NCBI RefSeq assembly: GCF_000020025.1
Contig: NC_010628.1
Coordinates: 2,670,001 to 2,702,000 of the forward strand
Origin: Nostoc punctiforme PCC 73102
GTDB lineage: Bacteria > Cyanobacteriota > Cyanobacteriia > Cyanobacteriales > Nostocaceae
Direction: 5' to 3'
DNA length: 32,000 nt
This document shows positions 1 to 9,400 of the stretch, in pieces. The stretch's first letter is position 1; every line of letters starts with the position of its first letter. The notes beneath the pieces are model-generated. The model had not been told where the DNA came from. It worked only from the letters and a program-made list of their open reading frames with translations, and made no database searches. A program made the translations under genes and the position numbers.

Positions 1-425
1 GTCGCCTACGTGGTAGCATATCAAGATTGTAAACCCACAATCAGCGAACTGCGGCAATTCCTCACAGCAAAACTCCCAGATTACATGGTGCCAAATGCAA
101 TAGTTATCTTGGAGTCACTGCCGCTTACTCCCAACGGCAAAGTAGACCGCCGTGCCTTACCCATACCGGATTTACACAGCGAACAACAAGAAAAATTTGT
201 TGCACCTCGTAATCCAATGGAAGAAATGCTGGCACTCCTTTGGACACAAGTGCTGAAAGTAGAGCTTTTAGGTATTCATGACAACTTCTTTGAACTTGGC
301 GGACACTCGCTACTAGCAACACAATTAGTTTCACGCATCCGTAACGTTTTTAAACTGGAACTACCATTGCGTGAGTTGTTTGCAAGAGCGACAGTAGCCG
401 AATTAGCAAAATCAATTAGGCAGTT
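1..425 (+). other. C-terminal end of an upstream adenylation domain plus its carrier (T) domain
   Basis: The A10 motif PLTPNGKVDRRALP lies at 121-162. The carrier motif is FFELGGHSLLATQLVSRI with Ser codon 307-309. Substrate cannot be called because the specificity pocket lies upstream of the window. Confidence 0.85.
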
Positions 426-3400
426 ACAGCAACAGGCACTTCGACTTACCTCGGCTCCGCTCGGCACAAGTCGCTCAGTACAAGACTTAGAACTATCTGA
501 ACCACCTATTTTACCAAAGATGAGGGATGCAGAATTACCACTGTCTTATGCTCAACAGCGTCTGTGGTTTTTAGATCAGTTCGAGCCGAATAGCGCCTTT
601 TACAACATTCCTATGGCTTTGCGTCTAGTGGGAAATTTGAATCAACCAGCCCTAGAACAAAGCTTACTAGAGATTATTCATCGCCACGAAGCCTTACGCA
701 CCAATTTTATTAGAGTTGATGGAAAACCTTCTCAAATTATTCAAACACAAACGAATTGGACAGTTTCAGTTATTGACTTAAAGTATTTATCTACAACCGA
801 TCAAGAAATTACTAGCCAGGAATTAGCACGACAACAAGCTATTGAGCCTTTTGACCTGGCAAACGGAGCATTAATCAGGACAACATTACTAGTGCTGTCC
901 CAGACAGAACACATATTGTTAGTTTGTATGCATCATGTTGTCAGTGATGGCTGGTCAATGGGTGTGTTTGTTCAAGAACTAGCAGCGCTGTACGATGCTT
1001 ATGCTCAAGGTCAGCCGTCACCTTTAACACCGCTACCGATTCAGTATGCAGATTTTGCTATCTGGCAAAGAGAGTGGTTACAAGGAAATGTACTGCAAAA
1101 CCAACTAACTTACTGGCAACAACAACTGGCAAACGCACCAGCCTTGTTGTCCCTACCCACAGACCGACCAAGACCTGCTGTGCAGACTTTTGCTGGTGCA
1201 TATCAAAAGTTTGCCCTCTCTGCTGAACTCACTGGTAGGTTGATACAACTGAGTCAGAAACAAGGGGTGACTTTGTTCATGACACTTTTGGCAGCGTTTG
1301 ATACCCTGCTTTACCGCTACACAGGTACAGAAGACATTTTGGTGGGATCTCCCATTGCTAACCGCGATCGCAGTGAGATAGAAGGGTTAATTGGCTTTTT
1401 TGTCAATACTTTAGTCATGCGTACTGACTTAGCAGGCAACCCCAGTTTTAGCGAATTACTGACTCGTGTCCGCGAAATAGCGATGGAGGCATACTCGCAT
1501 CAGCATTTGCCTTTTGAAATGCTAGTGGAAGCATTGCAGCCAGAACGGGATCTTAGCCATACACCGCTATTCCAGGTGATGTTTACACTTCAGAATGCGC
1601 CCATATCGACCGTGGAGTTAAATCAGTTAAGTGTCAGTTCAACGTTGATAGAAGGTACAACTGCCAAGTTTGATCTTACCTTGTCAATGGAAAATACTGC
1701 TACTGGAGTAGTGGGTGTGTGGGAATATAGCACTGACTTGTTTGATGCCAGCACAATTGAGCGAATGACGGGTCATTTTGTGACATTGCTTGAAAGTATT
1801 ATTGCTAACCCACAACAGTCCATTTCTCAATTGCCCCTGTTGACAGAAATTGAGCAACAACAGTTATTGGTTGAGTGGAACAATACTCAAGCGGATTATC
1901 CCCTTGATAAATGTCTCCATCAGTTGTTTGAGGAGCAAGTAGCGCGTACACCCGATGCTGTAGCGGTGGTGTTTGAAAACCAACAACTGACTTACCAGCA
2001 GTTGAATTGTCGCGCAAATAAGTTAGCACATTATTTGCAGTCTTTGGGAGTGGGAGCAGATGTGCTGGTGGGTATTTGTCTGGAGCGATCGCTCTTGATG
2101 GTAGTAGGACTATTAGGGATTCTTAAGGCAGGTGGAGCTTATGTACCACTTGACCCAGACTATCCACAAGATCGCTTGAGCTTCATGCTAGAAGATGCTC
2201 AAGTGAGAGTGCTGCTGACACAGCAGCAACTCAAGAAAAAGTTACCTCAGCATCAAGGGCAGGATATATATTTAGATACTGACTGGCAATTTATTTCTCA
2301 GTCCAGTCAGGAAAATCCAATTACTACTGTACAAGGTAGTAACTTGGCTTATGTGATTTACACATCCGGTTCCACTGGCAAGCCCAAAGGAGCAATGAAC
2401 ACCCACTTGGGAATTTGCAATCGCCTGCTGTGGATGCAACAAGCTTATCAATTAACAGATGTAGATTGCATTTTACAGAAAACTCCTTTTAGCTTCGACG
2501 TTTCAGTTTGGGAATTCTTCTGGCCATTAATCACTGGAGCGCGTTTAGTTGTGGCTAAAGCAGGAGGACATAAAGATAGTGCTTACTTGGTCAACCTAAT
2601 TTTAGAACAGCAGGTTACTCATGTGCATTTTGTTCCTTCTATGCTCCAGGTTTTCTTAGAAGAACCAAGTCTCGAAAATTGCCGTAGCTTGAAACGATTT
2701 ATCTGTAGTGGTGAAGCTTTGCCTGTAGAACTTCAGGAACGCTTTTTTGCTCGGTTAGAGTGTGAATTGCACAATCTCTATGGCCCAACAGAAGCGGCAA
2801 TTGATGTCACCTACTGGCAATGCTTTCCAAATGGGAATCTTAGGATAGTACCGATTGGGCAGCCTATAGCCAACACACAAATTTATATTTTAGACGAGCA
2901 TCTGCAACCAGTCCCTGTAGGTGTAGCCGGAGAATTGCATATTGGTGGTGCAGGATTAGCAAGAGGCTATCTCAACCGTCCAGAGTTGACAAAAGAAAAA
3001 TTCATTTCCAACCCCTTTGAAAATTCAAAATTATATAAAACTGGAGATTTAGCGCGTTATTTACCTGATGGCACAATTGAATACATCGAACGAATTGATA
3101 ACCAAGTAAAAATACGAGGTTTCCGCATCGAATTGGGAGAAATTGAGGTATTACTGAACCAATATGAGGAGGTGCAGGCATCTTGTGTTATTGCCCGCGA
3201 AGGTACGACGGGGGATAAATGCTTAGTCGCCTATATAGTGCCGCATCAGCACTCTAAACCCACAACCAATGAACTGCGGCAATTCCTGAAAGCAAAGCTA
3301 CCAGACTACATGGTGCCAAGTGCTTTTGTAATATTGGAATCAATGCCACTCACTTCTAACGGCAAAGTAGACCGTCGCGCTTTACCCGCACCAGATTTAT

Positions 3401-6400
3401 ACAGCGAAATCAAAGATAAATATGTAGCCCCACGTACTCCAATTGAAGAAATACTGGCGCAAACTTGGTCACAAGTACTGCAACTGCCACAGGTAGGCAT
3501 ACATGATAACTTCTTTGAACTTGGGGGACACTCACTATTAGCAACACAATTAGTTTCACGCATCCGCAACATTTTCAAAGTGGAACTACCATTGCGAGAG
3601 TTGTTTGCCGCCGCCACACTAGCCGAATTAGCACGAGAAATTGAACAATTACAGCAACAAGTACTTCGACTTACCTCGGCTCCGCTCGGCACGAGTCGCT
3701 CAGTACAAGACTTACAACTGTCTGCACCACCTATCTTACCAAGGGCGGAGAATGCACTATTAGCACTGTCTTATGCTCAACAGCGTCTATGGTTTTTAGA
3801 CCAATTCGAGCCAAACAGTCCCTTCTACAATATGTCCATAGCCTTGCGTTTAGCAGGAACTGTGGAAGTTGCCGCATTAGAACAAAGCTTCCAAGAAATT
3901 ATTCATCGCCACGAAGCGTTACGTACTAATTTCATTACGGTTGATGGACAGGCAACACAAATCATTCAAACAGAAACGAATTGGACAGTATCAGTTGTTG
4001 ATTTGAAGCATTTATCGACAACTAAGCAAGAAACAGCTTCGCAGCAATTAGTGCAACAACAAGCTATTCAACCCTTTGAGTTGGCAACACAAGCATTAGT
4101 GAGAGCGACATTAGTAGTGCTATCCGAGACAGAACACATACTGTTAATGTGTATACACCACATAGTCTCTGATGGCTGGTCAATCGGTTTGTTTCTCCAA
4201 GAACTAGCAACACTTTACAATGCTTATTCTCAAGGTAAAAGCTCGACTTTAGCGCCACTGCCGATTCAATATGCAGATTTTGCACTGTGGCAAAGAGAGT
4301 GGTTGCAAGGAGAAGTACTACAAAGCCAATTGAGTTATTGGCAACAAAAATTGGCTTCGGCTCCAACCTTATTGTCGCTACCCACAGACCGACCCAGACC
4401 GGCTGTGCAAACTTACCAAGGGACACATCAAGAGTTTGCACTTTCTGAAGAACTAACTGGTAAGCTAGCAAAACTCAGCCAAGAGCAAGGGGTGACTCTG
4501 TTCATGACGCTGTTGGCAGCGTTTGATACGCTGCTTTACCGCTACACAGGTACAGAAGACATTCTGGTGGGTTCGCCAATTGCTAACCGCGATCGCAGTG
4601 AGATAGAAGGGTTAATTGGCTTTTTTGTCAATACTCTAGTCATGCGTACTGATTTATCAGGCAACCCCAGTTTTAGCGAATTACTGGGTCGTGTTCGAGA
4701 AATGGCAATGGAGGCATATTCTCATCAGCATTTGCCTTTTGAAATGCTGGTAGAAGCATTGCAGCCAGAACGGGATCTCAGTCATACACCACTGTTCCAA
4801 GTAATGTTTGTCCTCCAGAATGCGCCGACATCTGGATTAGAACTGACTGGGTTAACTGTCAGTTCATTGCCAATAAAAGGTACAACTTCAAGGTTTGATT
4901 TAACCTTAATAATGCAGAACACTCCTACTGGTCTGGTAGGGGTGTGGGAGTACAACACTGACTTGTTTGATGCCAGTACCATTGAGCGAATGACTGGTCA
5001 TTTTGTGACATTGCTTGAAGGTATTATTGCTAACCCAGAGGAGCGAATTTCTCAATTACCACTGCTGACACAACCAGAACAACAAAAGTTACTTGTCGAG
5101 TGGAACGATACTCAGGTAGATTATCCAGAAGATTTGTGCATCCATCAGTTGTTTGAAGAACAGGTGGATAGTACACCCAATGCGATCGCAGTTGTATATG
5201 AAAATCAACAACTGACTTACTATGAATTAAACTACCGCGCTAACCAGTTGGCGCACTACTTGCGGTCTTTGGGTGTAGGATCTGATGCCCTAGTTGGTCT
5301 ATGTGTAGAGCGTTCTTTAGAGATGGTCATAGGATTATTGGGGATTCTCAAAGCGGGTGCTGCTTATGTGCCACTTGACCCAGAATATCCCAGCGATCGC
5401 TTGAGCTTTATTTTAGAAGATGCTCAAGTTTCTGTCTTGCTAACCCAGCAGTCAATTCTTGACAGATTGCCCCAGCATCAAGCTCACCTTGTCTGTTTGG
5501 ATACTGACGCTCAACTGATTTCCCAGTGCAGTCAGGACAATCTCATCTCCGACGTACAAGCAAATAACTTAGCTTATATAATTTATACTTCTGGTTCTAC
5601 AGGTCAACCTAAAGGTATAGCGATGAATCAGCTTGCCCTTAGCAATCTGATCTTGTGGCATCGGGAAAATCTGAAAATTCCTCGTGGAGCAAAAACCCTA
5701 CAATTTGCTTCGATTAGCTTTGATGTCTCCTTCCAAGAAATCTTCACTACCTGGTGTTCTGGAGGCACATTGTTCTTAATTGGGGAGGAATTACGCAGAG
5801 ATACATCAGCTTTGTTAGGTTTTCTCCAACAAAAAGCAATTGAGAGAATGTTTCTCCCCTTTGTTGCCTTACAGCAACTAGCTGAAGTTGCAATTGGTGG
5901 TGAATTAGTTAATAGTCATTTGCGGGAAATTATTACTGCTGGGGAACAGTTGCAGATTACTCCAGCTATTTCCCAATGGTTAAGCAAGCTAACTGATTGT
6001 ACATTGCACAATCACTATGGGCCATCAGAGAGCCATTTAGCGACCAGTTTTACTCTGACTAATTCAGTGGAGACTTGGCCGCTACTTCCTCCCGTTGGTC
6101 GTCCCATTGCCAACGCGCAAATCTATATCCTTGATAAGTATCTACAGCCTGTACCCGTGGGTGTACCAGGAGAATTGTACATTGCTGGTGTCCTTTTATC
6201 GCAAGGCTACTTCAACCGACCAGAGTTAACACTTGAGAAATTCATCCCTAACCCCTTTAAAAGAAGCAGAGGAGCAGCACTTCGGCTACGCTCAGTGACC
6301 GATGAGCAGGGGAGCAGAGGGGAAACCTTTAATTCCGATCGCCTTTACAAAACAGGGGACTTAGCACGCTATTTAAGTGATGGCAATATTGAATACTTGG

Positions 6401-9400
6401 GGCGTATTGACAATCAGGTGAAAATTCGAGGTTTCCGCATCGAGTTGGGCGAAATTGAAGCAGTACTGAGCCAACTTGATGTACAAGCATCTTGTGCGAT
6501 CGCCCGCGAAGACATTCCTGGGAACAAACACCTAGTCGCTTACATTGTGCCTCAAGAAGAGCAGACTTGTACTGAGCGGAGTCGAAGTACACTCACAGTC
6601 AGCTTTGTGCGTAGCTTCCTGAAGGAAAAGTTACCAGAATATATGGTGCCAAGTGCAATAGTGATCTTGGACGCTTTACCGCTTACCCCCAACGGTAAAC
6701 TAGACCGCCGCGCATTGCCCGCACCTGATTTACACAGCCAATTATTGGACAAATATGTTGCCCCACGTAACCCAATCGAAGAAATTCTGTCGTTAATTTG
6801 GGCACAAGTTCTGAAAGTAGAGCAAGTGGGTATATATGATAACTTCTTTGAACTTGGAGGACACTCCCTACTAGCAACGCAACTCATCTCCCGTGTGCGT
6901 ACTAGCTTGAAAGTAGAATTACCATTGCGTAGCTTATTTGCTGCACCAACTGTTGCTGAATTGTGCCAAAACATTCAACGGTTACAGCAACAGGATTTAG
7001 AACTAATAGCATCACCCATCTTACAAAGGGCAGAGAATGCAGAATTACCATTGTCATTTGCCCAAACACGGCTATGGTTTTTAGACAAGTTAAACCCGAA
7101 CAGCGCCTTCTACAACTTCCCCATAGCTTTGCGTTTAGTCGGAACTCTCAATCGAACTGCCTTAGAACAAAGCTTACAAGAAATTGTTCATCGCCACGAA
7201 GCGTTACGCACCAACTTTGTCATCGTTGATGGAAAGCCTTCTCAAATTATTCAAGCACAAATAAATTGCACACTCTCAGTTGTTGAATTCAAGCATTTAT
7301 CTACACTTGTACTGAGCGAAGACGTTGGCGAAGCCTCTGCCTCAGCAGAAGTAACCGAGCAAGAAACAGCTTTACAGCAATTAGCGCAACAGCCCTTTGA
7401 CTTAGCAAATGAAGCATTAGTTAGGGCAACATTAATAGTGCTGTCCCAGACAGAACACACCTTATTAGTCTGTATGCATCACATAGTTAGCGATGGCTGG
7501 TCAATGGGTGTGTTTGTTCAAGAGCTAGCAGCCTTATACAATGCTTATTCTCAAGGTGATCTGTCACCTTTAACACCACTGCCGATACAGTACGCAGATT
7601 TCGCAATTTGGCAGCGAAACTGGTTGCAAGGAGATGTCTTACAAAGTCAATTGAGTTACTGGCAAAAACAACTGGCAAACGCACCAGCTTTGTTGTCACT
7701 ACCCACTGACCGACCTAGACCATCTATGCAGACTTTCGCAGGTGCATATCAACAGTTTGCGCTCTCAAAGGAATTAACTGATAAACTCACGCAACTAAGC
7801 CAGCAACAAGGAGTTACTTTGTTCATGACGCTGTTAGCAGCGTTTGATACCTTACTTTACCGCTATACAGGTACAGAAGACATTTTGGTGGGTTCGCCAA
7901 TTGCTAACCGCGATCGCAGTGAGATAGAAGGGTTAATTGGCTTTTTTCTCAACACTTTAGTCATGCGTACCAATTTGGCTGGTAATCCTAGCTTTAGCGA
8001 ATTACTAGGTCGTGTTCGTGAAATGGCGATGGATGCATACTCTCATCAGAATTTGCCTTTTGAAATGCTAGTAGAAGCATTGCAGCCAGAACGGGATCTC
8101 AGTCATACACCACTGTTCCAAGTGATGTTTGTCCTCCAAAATGCTCCTATATCTCAACAATTGGAGTTGACTGGGTTAACTGTTAGTCCACTGGTGGTAA
8201 AAAGTACAAATACCAAATTTGATCTTACCTTGGCAATGGAAAACACTGCCACCGGACTGGTTGGGATGTGGGAATACAACACTGATTTGTTTGATGCATC
8301 CACCATTGAGCGAATGACGGGTCATTTTCTGACATTACTTGAAGGTATTATTGCTAACCCAGAAGAGCGAATTTCTCAACTGCCACTATTAACAGAAGTT
8401 GAGCAACATCAACTATTAGTAGAGTGGACTGATACTCAGGTAGATTATCCGCTAGATTTGTGTATCCATCAGTTGTTTGAAGAGCAGGTTCAGCGTACAC
8501 CTGATGCAGTGGCAGTTGTTTTTGAAGACCAGCAACTGACTTACCACCAGCTTAATAGTCGTGCTAACCAGTTGGCGCACTACCTCAAGTCTTTGGGTGT
8601 GAGAGCAGATGTGCTGGTGGGCATTTGTGTGGAACGCTCAATAGAAATGGTGGTGGGACTACTAGGTATTCTGAAAGCGGGTGGCGCATACTTACCACTT
8701 GACCCTGAGTATCCGACTGAGCGTTTGCACTTTATGCTAGAAGATGCTCAAGTTTCGGTGTTGCTGACTCAGCAGAAACTCCTTGATAGACTGTCCCAAC
8801 ATCAAGCAAAGCTGGTTTGTTTGGATACTGACTGGCAGCTTATTTCTCAGTCCAGTCAGGATAATCTCATCACTGAGACGCAAGCAACTAATTTGGCTTA
8901 CGTGATTTATACTTCCGGTTCTACAGGTCAACCCAAGGGAGTGCTGATTGCCCATCAAGGATTATTAAATTTGGTGTTCTGGCATCAACATACTTTTAAA
9001 ATCACGACCTTAGATAAAGCTACTCAGCTAGCAGGAACAGCATTTGACGCTGCGGTATGGGAATTATGGCCTTACTTAACCGCAGGAGCAAGTATCTACT
9101 TAGTCAAATCTGAGTTCCTTAGCTCGTTAGTGAAGCTACGAGACTGGTTGATTTCAAAGCAGATTACTATCAGTTTTCTGCCAACACCACTGGCACAGGA
9201 ATTATTGTCTTTGGAATGGCCAACTGAAAGTTTGGCTTTGCGAACCATACTGACTGGAGGAGATAAGCTTCATCAGTATCCATCAGATTTAGTCCCCTTC
9301 CAACTAGTGAATAATTATGGCCCAACTGAAAATACTGTTGTTACAACTTCTGGGCTGGTAGTTGCCAAGGAGCAAGATCAGATATCACCGAGTATTGGCA

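Larger units (their letters stand above)
3757..6985 (+). other. NRPS module C-A-T, predicted Pro-type (candidate 4-methylproline)
   Basis: C domain: HHIVSDGWS at 4156-4182. A domain: about 5140-6720, with LAYIIYTSGSTGQPKG at 5569-5616, FDVSFQE, ITAGEQL and NHYGPSESHLA. T domain: Ser codon 6864-6866. The hand-extracted code is DVQFIAHLAK, compared with the canonical Pro code DVQLIAHVVK. Confidence 0.75.

Noticed and set aside
3306-3692. Recurrent antisense ORFs of 60-170 aa, for example 276-467, 3306-3692, 6552-6974, 17270-17785, 25532-25843 and 28786-29154. Several begin MPSGAEVSRS.. and look like a conserved family.
   Set aside because: They are the reverse-strand shadow of the repeated T-domain/linker coding sequence and of the dispersed repeat itself. 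Their apparent conservation is fully explained by the sense-strand paralogy. They have no start context or independent coding signal, and they lie entirely inside strongly supported NRPS genes.
6240-6345. The extra length of some A domains considered as embedded N-methyltransferase or other tailoring domains.
   Set aside because: The extra residues number only 20-35, are encoded by octamer, heptamer or 24-nt repeats, and lack any SAM-binding motif. Embedded MT domains are about 400 aa.
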